Translations under genes and position numbers: made by a program
The notes under the pieces: model-generated
Database searches by the model: none
Told to the model about the DNA's origin: nothing
The model's input: the letters and a program-made list of their open reading frames with translations, nothing else
NCBI RefSeq assembly: GCF_009914755.1
Contig: NC_060933.1
Reading direction: 5' to 3' (one strand)
From: the human T2T-CHM13v2.0 reference genome, Homo sapiens
DNA: 64,000 nucleotides
Part shown: piece by piece, positions 30,875-44,580 of the stretch
How the letters are laid out: each line of letters begins with the position of its first letter
Position numbering within the stretch: the first letter of the stretch is position 1

Positions 30875-33800
30875 TAGATTGCCTTGAGTGGTATTGACAT
30901 CTTAAGAATATTAAGTCTTCTAATCCATTAACATGAGATATGTTTCCATTTCTTCATGTTTTTAATGTCTTTCAGCAATGTTTTGTAGTATCCATTATAC
31001 AAATGTTTCCACCTCCTTGGTTAATTTAATGCCTAGGTATTTTATTCTTTTTGATGCTATTTAAATGGAATTGTTTTTGTAATTTGCTTTTCATATCATT
31101 TATTGTTAGGGTATGGAAATGTAACTGATTTTTTTGTGTTGACTTTGTGGCCTCCTACTTTGCTGAATTCATTTATTATTTCTTACAGTATTTTGTGTGG
31201 AATCTTTAGGGTTTTCTACATGTAAGAGCATATCATCTGCAAAGAAAGATAATTTCACTTCTTCTTTTCCAATCTGAGTGCCTTTTCTTTTTCTTGCCTA
31301 ATTTCCTTTGCTAGGCCTTCCAGTACTATGTTGAATGCAAGTGGTGAAAGGAGTCAGGTTTGCCTTGTTCCTGATCATAAAGAGAAAGCTTTCATTCTTT
31401 CACCATTGAGTAAGATATATGCTCCGGGCCTTTCATATATATGACCTTTATTGTCTTAGGGTGATTTCCTTCTATTCCTAGTTTGTTGAGAGTTTTAAAT
31501 TAGGAAGCAGTATTAAATTTAATCAAATGCTTGTATGCATGTATCGAGATGATCATGTGATTTTTAGCCTTCATTCTGTTACTGTGGTGTATCACATAAA
31601 TTGGCTTTTGTATGTTGAGCTCTCCTTGCATCCTGGGGTAAACCCACTTAGTTATGGTGTTTGGTCATTTTATTGTGCTGTTGAATTCAGTTGCTTGTAT
31701 TTTGTTGAGTATTTTTGGGTCTATATTCACTGGGGATATTGACCTATAGTTTTCTTTTCTTGTGATACATTTGTCTGGCTTTAGTAACAGGATAATGCTG
31801 GCCTCATAAAATTTATTTGGAAGTGTTCCCTTTTCAATTTTTTTGGAAGAGTTTGAGGAGGACTAATGTTAATTCTTCTTTAAATGTTTGGTAGAATTTA
31901 TCAGTGAAGCCATTTGGTCCTAGGCTTCTCTTGTTGAAAGGTTTTTGATTACTGAGTCAATCTGTTTACTAGTTATAGATCTTTTCCTTTTTTTTAACTA
32001 ATTTGTTAGTTAGTCCTGGTAGGTTTTATGTTTCTAGGGAATTGTCTGTTTCATCGAGGGCATTCAATTTGTCGGTACAATTGTTCATAGTACTCTTACA
32101 ATCCCTTTTTTCCCCCTGTGGAACTGGTACTAATATCCCCACTTTCTCTTTTGATATTAGTAATTTGAGTTTCTTTTTTTCTTGCCTATCTAGCTAAAAG
32201 TTTGTCAATTTTGTTGGTCTTTTCAAAGAACCAACTTTTGGTTTCATTGATTTCCTCTACTTACTTTCTTTTTTTTTTTTTAGTCTTTATTTTGTTTATC
32301 TCTTCTCTAATCTTTTTTCCCCCTTCCTTCTGCTAGCTTTCAGTTTAGCTTTTTATTTTCTAGTTTCTTAAGTAGTAAAGTTAGGTTGTCGATTTGAGAT
32401 CTTTCTTGTTTCTTAATGTAAGCATTTATAGCTATAAATTTCCCCCTTAGCACTGCTTCCACTGCATCTCATAAGTTTTGATATGTTGTGTTTTCATTTT
32501 CATTCATTTCTAAGTATTTTCCAGTTTTCCTCATGATTTCTTCTTTGGACCATTGGTTATTTAAGAGTGTGTTGTTTAAATTCCACAATTTTGTGAACTT
32601 TACAGTTTTACTTCTGTTATTGATGTTTAAGTACATTCTTTTCATTCTAGATCTCCACAGTGCATATGTTGCTCTGCTTATTGTTATCCCACAGGTCCCT
32701 TAGACTCTGTTCACTTTTCTTCGATCATTTTTCTTTCTGTATCTCAGCCTCAGTAATTTCTGTGGTCCTGTTTTCATGCTTGTTGATTTTTTTTTTGCCT
32801 GCTCATATTTGCTTTTGAATCACTGTAGTGAATTTTTCATTTCAGTCATTTTAATTTTCAGCTCCAGAATTTCTTTTTTTGTTGTTGTTTGTTTCTTTCT
32901 AGGCTTTCTATCTCTTTATTGATATTTCCATTTTGTTCAGACATTGTTTTCTTGATTTTCTTCACATCTTTCTTTAGTTCTCTGAGCATCTGTAAGACAG
33001 TTGTTGTAATGTCTTTGTCTCAGAGACCTGCCATCAAATCTTCTTCAGGGATAGTTTTCTATTGATTTATTATTTTCCTTTGAATGAGCCATAGTTTCCT
33101 GTTTCTCTGTATGCTTTGTGATTTTTTTTGCTGTTGTTGAAAACTGAACATTTGAATAGAATAATATAGTAACTCTGGAAATCAGATTTTCTCCCTTCCC
33201 TAGGGTTTTCTGATTTTTTAAAAAATTGCTGTAGCTATCTGTGTGTCAAGGATCAGCCTGAGATGTAAACTTACGGTCTTCTCAGGTCTTTTCTGGATCT
33301 GCACCTTTCCCTGGGCTTGTGTGGTCACTTTCTAATTTTCCTCACATATGTAGTTGCTTTTAAATCTTAGTTCTTAATGTCTGGTCCCAAAGGGGGGAAA
33401 AGAGAAAGATGAAGAGGAGGGAAGAAAGGATGCTGGCCCTTTAAATTCCCTGGATGTCACTTCAGCTGAGGGGGAGTTGCAATGTGGGGAGGTGCAACAA
33501 TAATGGTCACCTGCCTTTTGGTACCTCTGTGATAAGAAGCGACAATCAGAGCACAGATCCTGATATTTGGAGAACAAGGTTCTTTTTGCCTACCCTGGCT
33601 CCTGCAAGTTATGTGCAAGCTGTTCCAAGAACATTTGCACATGTGTCTGTCATGGGGCTGGAAGTGGGAGATGGATAGCTGCTGCTGTGCTAAGAGCTAA
33701 AATTGACTGAAATTAATCATAATTTACTGTCCAAGCCTTCCCCTGGAAGTTGCAAGCCTTCAATAGACTCCAGAATTCCAAAATGCTTTCATCAGACAGA

Positions 33801-36232
33801 TTCTGCCAGTGCAATTGTTGTCTAGCTGGTTCCTGGTGCTTACTACTCTGCCATCTTTCCAGAATCCTCTCAAATCCTTGCTGCACTATATTATATTACA
33901 TTTTTAATAAGATGTGATAAGGTGCTTTCTATCAGGGACTTATAGCTTTAGTGAGGAAACAGACGTGTGTGTATGTGTGTGTGTGTATACTTATAACAAA
34001 TTATAATAAGGAACATTAAAGCAGTACAAGTAAGAATTGAGAATTATCTGTGTGAGGACAGTAACAGTGGAGATAGAAAAGGATTCGATTCTAGATAGAT
34101 TTAGATGAAAAATGTGGCTGGACTTAATGAATAAAATTGATGCAGGGCAATTTCCTAATTACTTAGTAATTCATTCAAGATCTCTCCCTTCCTTGAACTT
34201 CTGGTAAGAAGTGAGCAGTGTTCAATATAACAAATTTGCCTTTATGTAAAGAAAGATTTTCTGCGATTTGAAGGCATGTCACGAAAGCACTCCTACTTGG
34301 AGACCTGTCTTTGAAAGCTTGGAGCATCTTCTCACATTCACAGAATGGCAAGTTATGGTCTAACTGTGCTTTGCCTGGTGTGAAATAGTGGGAAATATCT
34401 GCTGGGATTAGTTCATGATGATGGAGGCTAGGATTCCCCATCTTGTGATTAGTTTTTCAGCTTTGATTACTGATAGGATACTTGGAATTGAAATCATAAT
34501 TCTGTCTTAGTAACTATAAGGATCTGCATTTGGATGTCAGTAACAAAGAGCCCTATCTTTAAGGTTTTGTGTGTGGCCTCTTTATCACACAGCTTTACAA
34601 ATGTAGGTTTCCGAAGGCAGCGTAGTTTATATTACTTTTCCTTTTCTTTATATAACATTGATTTTTAAAATAACTCAAATTTTCAGAGTGCAAATAAATG
34701 AAAACTGATTATATGCTTAGAAGTGAACATATTGGGAGGTGAGAAAAAATGTGCAAAATACTTAGATCATTTTTCAAAAAAGGATTAAAATTTTATTTCT
34801 TAGCCAAACATATATTCAAGTACAATGTATTTCATCTGAAAGCCTCAGTAACATGACAAAAATTTACAGAATAATTATTGTTGAGTTTGTCCATAAGTGC
34901 ATGTTTATGAGTAGAGGCTGAATTCCATACTTTTGAATGTGCGTCGACCTTTCCGCTTTTACTTGTCAGATGCCCCTTTTTTAATGCCAGGTAGTCTTTA
35001 TACAATACTATTATTAATGATGTAATGGAAAAATTAACTATAAATTGGTTGTTAATATTAAGTTTTGGTAGTCTAAAAATCAAATCTTTTCTCTCAGTAG
35101 GGCCGAAAGAACTGACTTGAAATTTAACTTTAATCATCTAGAAGTCTGTTTTTTTTTTTTTTGAGGAGCTTAATGTATCACTATAATATTTCCTAGATTC
35201 CTGTCTAATTCAAGATATGGAATGACTAAACTGTAGCCATACTAGTTCTGAGCATACAGGCAAGAAGAGAAGTCGTTAAACATCTTGCTGTGTGTGAGCA
35301 GTTCGAGGGCAGGCAGACACCATGCACCTTGACCACCTATTATGAAGCTTTTTGCTGCCGTGTCAAGTGAAAGTGAGTTAATTGGGTGAAGCTGTGGAGC
35401 ATGTTAGGGGCCTGGTAAAGGGTTGCTGTCTGACAGCTGAATGTCAGCGAAAGCCAGTCAAGTGTGGCTGAGAGACAGAGACCTGTCACAAAGTTCCCGC
35501 AGACTGGAACACAGTTAGGAAGCTGAAATATGGTTCCGTCTCACTTTCTCCCTCATTGAATCCAAGCACCTTAAAAGATTTTACACTGTATATGTCAACT
35601 CTTGTTCTCTAAGCTGTTTCCCCCTAACTGTCCTGCATTCAAATGATTGAACAAAAGATGCTAATGTTGAGCAAAGTGAATGTAAATTCCCTCTTTTCCC
35701 CTTTTCTGCCCAAGCAGATAGACATTCAACTCAAAGGAAACTTTGAAGGTTTACATCAAACAATTAGATTTCTTCAAAATTTAGCTTATAACAGAATCTC
35801 TTTCTCAAGAGAGTATGAAAATTGACAATTAAAGCAGTAGAATAAGCAATGCATTTTCCTCTGATATAGAAAATCAAGCTTTAGGGAGCTAGGACTCCTG
35901 TCTGAATGTCTTGAGAATGGACACTGGCCAAGATAACTTTCCTCTTATCTTTTGTCATAGGCTTCTTTCTTTCTTTTTCTTAGTGGCCTAAGGTAAAATG
36001 CAATAATTATAGCCACCAGAAGAATAAAGATTAGCATAGAAAGGAACGGTAAGTTCCCTTCTGAAGCTTGAGACACTTCGAAAGGAGGAATTGAAGAAAG
36101 TTGGAATTAAAGAAAATGAAGTTAAACTCTGTGAAATAAAAATATTTGCAGAAAGAGGAGTTTAATATTAAAAGATGCCCTGTTCATTTTCTTTAGAATA
36201 TGGATTAGAATAAGTCCATTAACTCACTCATC

Positions 36233-36268
36233 CATTCATTCATTCATTCATTCATTCATTCATTCATT
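36233..36268. repeat. (CATT)9 at an L2 3' end
   Basis: Nine perfect CATT units abutting an antisense L2 3' terminus. Confidence 0.9.
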
Positions 36269-36385
36269 CCTCAACAGGCAGGTGTATAGAGTACCTGCTC
36301 TGTACCTGTCACTGTGCAGGCCACTGGTAATACAGAAACAAGCAAACAAAATAGCCTGTGGCTTCAAGGAGTGAACACTCTAAGC

Positions 36386-36556
36386 CAGCACTATTCATTA
36401 GAACTTACTGTGATGATAGAAATATGGCTTTGGGGCACTTGGAATGTGGTTAGTGTGACTGAGGAACTGAACTTTAATCTTTAATTTAATTTTATATTAA
36501 ATTTTAACTAATGTAAATTAAATAGCTACATGTGGCTACCATATTGAATAGTGCAG
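36386..36556. mobile_element. MER3 (hAT-Charlie)
   Basis: cagcactattcattagaactt...gtgactgaggaactgaa...agctacatgtggctaccatattgaatagtgcag; 8-bp TSD ctctaagc/gtctaagc. Confidence 0.8.
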
Positions 36557-36634
36557 GTCTAAGCAAACATAAGACTGTGATACTGTGCTATTATAAAAGT
36601 GTGTATGGGGTGTTATAATAACACGGAGGTGAGG

Positions 36635-36689
36635 TATTATATTATATTATATTATATTATATTATATTATATTATATTATATTATATTA
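36635..36689. repeat. (TATTA)11 pentanucleotide repeat
   Basis: Direct count of perfect units. Confidence 0.95.
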
Positions 36690-39600
36690 TACAAGGTGAC
36701 AGAGGCCAGGAAAAGTTTGGGGTAAAGGTGATACCTGAGGTAAGCTTTGACTAACAGTAGGAGTTAACGTGATGAAGAAGCCTCCTTCTAAATAGAAAGG
36801 GCAGCATGCAAAAGTGGCTCCAAGACAGGAGAAAGCAGGGCATGCTTCAGGATCAGCATTTTGATTAGTACAGGAGAGCAAAGCTGTTTTATGAGAAATT
36901 ACGTTAATGCAATGGTAGTGTCCAAGAAGACTACCAGTCAAGTTATCCAAGGGGTCATAACAGAAGGTGTCACAGACCAAATTAGTATACCGAAATCACA
37001 TGGTTTGTGGAATTAAACACACAGCAAAAAGCAAGAAGAGATATAGCAGGGAGCAAGCAGGGGGAAGGATCATAACCTGACTTCTTGGTTGTGCAGTGTT
37101 CATGTGCCCTGTCTCTCTCCACTGCCTCAGCCTTCTTCACTCTCTGTGAGTTTATGAGGATCAGGGTTGAAGTTTGAAACAGGGGGCTTGGAAGACCGAA
37201 GGTGCCTGAGGCCACTTACACACACTTGCTATCTAGGAGAGATGCAGGGACAAACATGCCTGGCCAATAGCTATAATTTGCCACTGAGGCTGCTGAATAG
37301 CTTTGTGTTTTATCTGCAGTTCTAGGGTCAATGTAAGGATGACATTAACTAAAGGTGGCATATCTCTACCTTACGATGTGGCCTTTCCATCCATTTCTAT
37401 CTATAAAGTAACAGGTCTTACCATATGGATTCTGCCTATGTCCCACAAACTGCTTGCTAATTCATTATCTGTGCTTACTAATATTTCTTATGAGTTTCAT
37501 CTATCCTATTTTTCTAGTCTTTAATCTCAAATTTGAATATTTTCAAATAGTAAGCAAACATACAGTAAAGAAGAGATGAAGTAGGAAACAGCGAAGTCTG
37601 AAGAGATGACTTGTTTACAAAAATAAAAGTATGTTTAGGCCAGAAAAAGTGAAAAGACAAATAACTGATGAAAAATATTTAGCAAAGAGCTTTGAAACCT
37701 GTGTCAAAATTATTATCTAGTAGACAACCTACTCCAAGCGCAGACTGCATTTCAAACAAGTCTAGGCCTTTTTGAAACACCATTGTGCGGACTCTAGAGA
37801 GTTAATCTGAATGAGGGCTCTGGCAGTTGGAGAAGGACTAGTGGAGATTTTATGGGCAGGCACCCAGAGAAGGAGATGTGAAGTGGAGAGAACGACCTAA
37901 TGCCTTTCCTCCATGCAGACCTATGGACTGGCATTTGGACTCTTAGAAAAAGGGCCTACAGGTAGAAACTGAAAGAAATGTTCTGTGACAGATACTGCAA
38001 GGCACTGGGTTTCAGTCAGAGTTGTCACAGTTTTCAGATGACAGAAAGGGAAGGATGGGCACCCCAAATTTTTGTTAGAGCTATCACCCATATGACCTAG
38101 CAAGCCCCCTAATACATTGAAGGCAGACCCTGTTGGAGGGATTGCAGACACCAAGCAGCTCTTGATGGGGAATCCACAGGGGTGTTTGAGGCTTGTATGA
38201 GCAGGACAGGGAAGGACCAGGGTAACTTGACTCACTTGGGACTTTGTATCCACAGAATAATGAGGACAGGAAACTTCCAGTGCTATTGTGCATCAAAGCT
38301 TTTCCTATAAAAATAGCAATTATGTGGTTTCATAGTATTTCAACAGATTATAATTTAAGAAGAACTGGATCAGGATGAAGATTAGTTAAGGTCTAATAAA
38401 TAATCCCCAAAACAGGGAATTTTTATTTGTTTAATTCACTTTTGTATTCCAGTACCTGGAACAGTATTTGGCACATCATAGGCACTTGATAGATATTTAC
38501 TGAAAAAATAAATGAATAGAGCTAATTTAGGATACTAAGAGGGGATATGGGTTTAGGTATCTTTATGCATTATGCAAGCATAGGGAAAATTTATCATATG
38601 GAATTGATAATATAGGGAGTCAATTCCTGAAATAAAGCCTAGGGGTATATTATTTTGGAATTTTGTGTTTGCTATATTTTACTGTTACATAAGATGTTCT
38701 CCCTAGGGATGGATCTGGGTTGAGACTGCTGGAAATGATGTGGTTATATCAGAAATAACATTCCTGACTATCATGTAAAGGAAATGTCATTGCCAACTAA
38801 GTGATTTGTTTTAGAACATGTGCCCCAGTGCTTGTTGTGATTTGAAGGCATTCTGCAGATATGACCCCCAGATCACATGATTTGTCTTACATCTGAAGTA
38901 CCTTTCTCTCCCTAAGAAATACATTCTTTTAACTGAAGATAGCCAGTCCCTCCAGAAAGGCCCAGCTATGGAACTGTTCAAAGGGTCCACAGCCCTGGGG
39001 AGTATAGAGCTTATACCATGGTCAGTGGGGAAATAAAGGCAGCTTGCAGCATTCCACGAAGAATTGCTAAGGATTTTAGGTGTGATATAATGGAACAATG
39101 AAGGAGCATGGCCTAAAACAGCAGTGGAAGGGAGGGGCATGCAAAAAAAAATGGGTTTCAAATTGCAAAATGAGAATTTAATGCTAAGTTTTTTGAGATG
39201 TGTGATTGACAGATACTTATATTGTTAGAAAGGTTTAGGAAAGTCATTTCTTTCAAACTACTTTAAATTCTAAATGATTCTTTCCTTCCTCTGCTCTTCT
39301 TTACCTGAGTGCCTGCTCAGTAATTCCACTCCTTGAAAAACATATTGCTACGAGGTCTAAGTTTATAGCTTCCAGATTATTACTAAATTTTTGACATTAA
39401 ATAAAAAAGGTTTATAACTTTAAGAGGAAATTCTTCAGTAATGAAATAGTGGTCAGAAAACTTTTGCCTAATAGTTCCCAGAGAGAGTGTGACATGTGTA
39501 CATTTTGACCACAGAAGTCGTAATTTGGCAGCTGGAAGTGCTATTTGGAGTAAAATGAAGGCACACAAGTTATAAGTAGCCACTCTGCATAAGGAGTTGC

Positions 39601-40059
39601 ATTTGCGCAGAGTAGAGGAACAAATTACTCAGTGTCATTATTTGTGTAGGTGTTTACTCAATGTAAAACTGTAAATATGACTTAGATAACTGAAAACATT
39701 TAAATGAGAGTGTTCTTTGCTTGATCAAAATCTTTTCCAAACATGAAAAACACTTAAAGACCTATCCTCTGAGACCTTTAACTATCCAATTACATTTTCA
39801 TTTTGACCACACATTTTAGAGCCATAACTATACTAAAATATATAGATGTATTTCAGTATATATAAATATGTATAGTTTCATTTTTTAATAAAGGGTTTTT
39901 AGCTATAAAAGTAAAACGTACTTACTGTAGGTAATTTGGAAAATACAAATCCTAATCCTAACTCAGAGAATAGAGAAAAAAAACCCAACAATTCCAATAC
40001 CACAAAACAAGCACCATATGTAATTTTGTGTACCGTTTTTTCATGACGTAGTCTTGCCC

Positions 40060-40370
40060 TAGGGTCAGCAAATCTACATGCCACCTGTTTTTGTATGGCC
40101 TGTGAGCTAAGAATGGTTTTAATATTTTAAATAGTTATGGGAAAAAAGCAAAAGAATAATAACATATCATGACACATAAAATTTATGTGAAATTCAGATT
40201 TCACTGTCCATAAATAAAGTTATATTGGAACACAGCCATGCTCATTCATTTACATATCCTCGATGGCCGCTTATGTGCTACAACACAGGGGCTAATGCTT
40301 GTAACAGAAAACATATACCCTAGAAAGCATGAAATACTTATCTAGCTCTTTACAAAGGTCTGACCTTTGG
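40060..40370. mobile_element. MER58B (hAT-Charlie)
   Basis: agggtcagcaaa...cacctgtttttgtatggcctgtgagctaagaatggtttt...aataaagttatattggaacacagccatgctcattcatttac. Confidence 0.8.
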
Positions 40371-41220
40371 TTAGACCCAAGCATTTGTCCATGTTATCCA
40401 AAAGTTTATAACTGTAAATTTTATAGCTACATAATTTTTCACCGCGTAGCTATAGCCTACTTAACTATGCTTCTGGTTGAATATGAGAGTATTTCTAATT
40501 TTTGTCTGTTATTATTAATATAAACTAATCATAAATGGAATTGTTGGATCAAATGGCATTAAGCATTTAAGACAGTTGCCCAATTATAGATCCAATGGTT
40601 CTATCAATTTATACAGTTACTAGCAATTTATGAATGCCTGCTTCACAATGCTTTCACTAACCTTTAGCATAATTTGTAATATTTAATTTTTACTGGCAAT
40701 CAATGTCTTATTTTCCATTTTTGATTACTTGTGGGGGTTACCATTTTTTTCCCATTTATTTGTTACTTAGCTGTATTTTTGCTTTTGTGAACTGCCAGTT
40801 GATAACTTTCTCTCATGATTCAAATAATTTTAAAGATAAAAAATCATGGAAAGAAAAATTTAACCTTTCAAACCTTTTTTTTCTACCCAAACTCTAATTC
40901 AGTTCTTTTTTCCAAAGATTATTAAGTTTCTTTTGATTTCTTGTGATTCTTTTTTCCAGAAAAAATAGGGATAGATATGCATGTATGTGTGTTTATGCTT
41001 ATTTTAAAATGTATATTACTATTTATATATATGTATATATATATACACATAAACACATGTATACATTTTGAACATGTTTTTTTCACTTGGATATATTTCT
41101 CTATCAGCCTTTACATATTTACCTCACGTTTAAAATAGTTGTATTATATGGTTGTCATACTTCACTTAAGTAGCCCTCTGTTCATAGACCTCTGGTTTTA
41201 TTTTTAAAAAGTTTTGTTTA

Positions 41221-41487
41221 GCACCACATGTTCTCACTCATAGGTGGGAATTGAACAGTGAGAACACATGGACACAGGAAGGGGAACATCACACACCGGG
41301 GCCTGTTGTGGGGTGCGGGGAGCAGGGAGGGATAGCATTAGGAGATATACCTAATGTTAAATGATGGGTTACTGGGTGCAGCACACCATCATGGCACATG
41401 TATACATATGTAACAAACCTGCACGTTGTGCACGTGTACCCTAAAACTTAAAGTGTGTGAAAAAAAATCACTCTTAAAGTTAAAAAA
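41221..41487 (+). mobile_element. L1PA4/5-type 3' fragment with a double A-tract
   Basis: L1 3' UTR catgttctcactcataggtggg...ccctaaaacttaaagt; 15-bp TSD AAAAAGTTTTGTTTA at 41206-41220 and 41488-41502. Confidence 0.92.
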
Positions 41488-41874
41488 AAAAAGTTTTGTT
41501 TATCTATCTAAAAATGCTTCAGTGAACATACCTGCATGCTCACCTTGGTGAACTCTTTTGAGTGTAGCCATAGAAGAAATGCCTAGCAGTGGAATTGCTA
41601 GGTCAAAGGAAGATACATTTAAATTTTTTGTCTTCCAGAAAGGTTGCAACAGCTTATGTCCCTAACTACATGGCATGAGTTTGCCTGATTCCCTCTTTTC
41701 AACAGTGGAGATCATCAGACATCTAAGTTTTTGCCCATTTGATATATGAAAAGTCATCTTTAATTGGGATGTGTTGCATTGTATTTCTTTACTTATGAAT
41801 TAAGTTTAGCACCTTTTCGTATGTTTTTTGGTTATTATACTACTCTCTCCCCCAATCAGACATCTAATCTGTAC

Positions 41875-42335
41875 ATGAGGCAGAGGCTGGCAGTGGTTTC
41901 CTGGCATCTGTTTTCTCTTTCTTAGTAATAGAGCCTCTGAATGTTACCTGGGCTGCTCAGGAAACAAACAAACAGACAAACAAGCTACATTTCTCAGACC
42001 CTCTCTAAGCTAAATTAGTTATATGACCTAAGTTCTAGTCAATGGGATGTAAGTAAAAGTGTACAATTTTAGGAAGTGTCTGTAAACGGAAGCAGTGCCT
42101 CCTTCTTTGCTCCATCCTCCTTTCTTCTCGCTAGAATGCAGACATACTAGCTGGAACTTGAGCAGCCATTTTTGACCATGAGGTAAAAGCCATGTACTGA
42201 GCTGTGGAGCCCAAGATAGAAGCAGCCTGGATTCTTGATAACTTTATATTGCCCTATCAGAGGGAAATAAACTTTTATTTAAGCCAATGACATTTAGAGT
42301 TTTCTCTTACAACTGAACTCAGTCTTAATAAATAT
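41875..42335 (+). mobile_element. MLT1 (J-like) solo LTR
   Basis: atgacctaagttctagtcaatgggatgtaagt, gcagccatttttgaccatgagg, aaataaacttttatttaagcca. Confidence 0.65.
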
Positions 42336-42884
42336 GCTACCCTCAGCCTATTTTCTAATTACATTATTTTAATTGATTTTCATGAGCCTTTTGTAAATTA
42401 AGAAAATTACTTGTATGGGGATTCTATGTGTTGCACATATTTTTACCAGTTTGTCATTTCAGACTTTCAGTGGCATTTTTCTATATGGTATGCTTGTTTT
42501 TATTTATTTGGTTTTTGTGTCTTTTTATATATTTGAGTGCATAAAGTTATTTATATTTTCAATTCTCTCTGAATTGTTTGGGAATGTATGTTTCTAAGAC
42601 AGAGGGGAAAATGCCCCTTTGCATTTTCTGGCCATTTCTGGCACTCTCTACCATCAGTTGTGTCAGGATTGTCAGGTCAGCAACAGACTGCAAGCACAAG
42701 GGTATGAAGAACACTGGGAAAAGAAAGAACAAAAGCCACCTGGGAGAATTCTTCAACTCTTTTTCTAACCTCAACCACATCAGGAAATCTAAACATCCTG
42801 GAGAAGAAAATGGGACATATTGTCTTGTCAGGCACAAGGTATCTTGAAGTAATTTAAAATTAAAGTTTAAATGTTCTCGTGTAA

Positions 42885-43191
<307 letters not shown>

Positions 43192-43519
43192 TTAAGTGTT
43201 CTAGTGTAAGTTTAAACCTCAGTGCCTCATTTTGTCTCTGAATATAACAACATATAAGCTCCTTTGATGAAAGGGCTATAACTTTCATTTTTGTGTAAGT
43301 TCCATGAGATCTATGTATTTACTCCAGTAAGTACCACAGGCATTCAAATGTTAGACCACAATAAAATATGCTATCAAAATATAAACATTTCTTTTAGCCT
43401 CTAGCACAATCTATGTACTTTTATTTTCCATTTTCAGAGAGGTTTGTTGAGCCCTTATTTTGTTGATGAAATGCCTCTAGATACAAAATAAGCCTGAGGC
43501 TAGGCTATATCTTCTTTGG

Positions 43520-43775
43520 GCAACATGGTAAGGTAATGGTCAAGCGTATGAATAGGAGAGTCAGAGGAACCAAGATTCACATCCCTTTCTACCATTAGCA
43601 AGCTGTGCAACCTGTGGCAATTTATTCTGCTCTTTGAGCCCTAGTCTCTTCAACTGTAGAATGAAGATAATTGTAGTGCTTTCTGATTGAGTCACTGTGA
43701 GAATTCAGATAACGCCTGTAAAACTAAATCTAGCACAGTGCCTGACATAATGCTGAATACATGTTGGCTATAATT
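43520..43775 (+). mobile_element. MIR
   Basis: ttagcaagctgtgcaacctgtggcaa...ctttgagccctagtctcttcaactgtagaatgaagataat...tagcacagtgcctgacata. Confidence 0.7.
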
Positions 43776-43829
43776 GTAAAGTTAGAATTCATATCATTTG
43801 AGAAGAGTGAAAAAGAGAAGGGAAGAAGA

Positions 43830-44040
43830 GGAGCTACTCTATGCTACACATTTTTGTGTATATTATTCCATTTAATCCTCCTAACAGCCCTATGAGGGAT
43901 TAGTCTGCCTCCTTTACAGATAAGGATAAAAGCTCACACAGGTTAAGTAACTTGTCAAGGATCACATAATTAGTAAATGGCAGAATGAAGTTTAGAACCT
44001 TAGTTCCTTCCACCTTCAAAGCCCGTATTCTTTCCATTAA
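43830..44040 (-). mobile_element. MIR
   Basis: tttaatcctcctaacagccctatgagg...tttacagataagga...ggttaagtaacttgtcaaggatcaca. Confidence 0.75.
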
Positions 44041-44134
44041 TCTTTGCTAAATCTAATTGCGACATAATCTGTATATGTGTGAAATAACAAAATAACAATA
44101 AAACACCAAGACCATGGAGTAATAATATAAGTCG

Positions 44135-44580
44135 TTTGTTCATTCACTCATTCATCATTTAGGAATCTTATTTAGTCCCAGATATTCTGCTAAGTGCTAG
44201 GGTACAAAGTCATGATTCCATCACACTAAGTGCTCATAGTTTTATAGCGGAAATATAAGGATATACAAATAAGTGAAAAAATAGTAAAATAAATGCTCAT
44301 GAAGGAATGTAAAAATGAGATTGGATGTTACAGTTAGCTGTAGTTGGGGAAGGATGGGAAGAGGATCCAGAAAAGCCTTATGAAAGAGGCAGACCTTGAC
44401 CAGAGTTTGAAACGTGGAGGAGTCACCCAACAAAGAGCAGAATTGGACAGACTGGAGGGTGATGTGAACTATGGAATGTCCTATTTAGGGACTCACAAGT
44501 TCCATGTAACTGGCTTGCACAGTACAAGTGAGGAAATGGTAGATGAGGCTGGACAGGGAAGCCAAGAGCAAGGGCATAGT
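44135..44580 (-). mobile_element. L2 fragment
   Basis: ttcattcactcattc...tctgctaagtgctaggg...agatgaggctgga. Confidence 0.6.

Larger units (their letters stand above)
36225..36970 (-). mobile_element. L2 fragment containing MER3 and a pentamer repeat
   Basis: gagtacctgctctgtacctgtcactgtgcaggccactgg...cttcaaggag; cagcatgcaaaagtggc. Confidence 0.7.

Noticed and set aside
43520-44040. Adjacent inverted MIR pair as an RNA hairpin
   Set aside because: Both copies are too diverged for extended pairing by eye.
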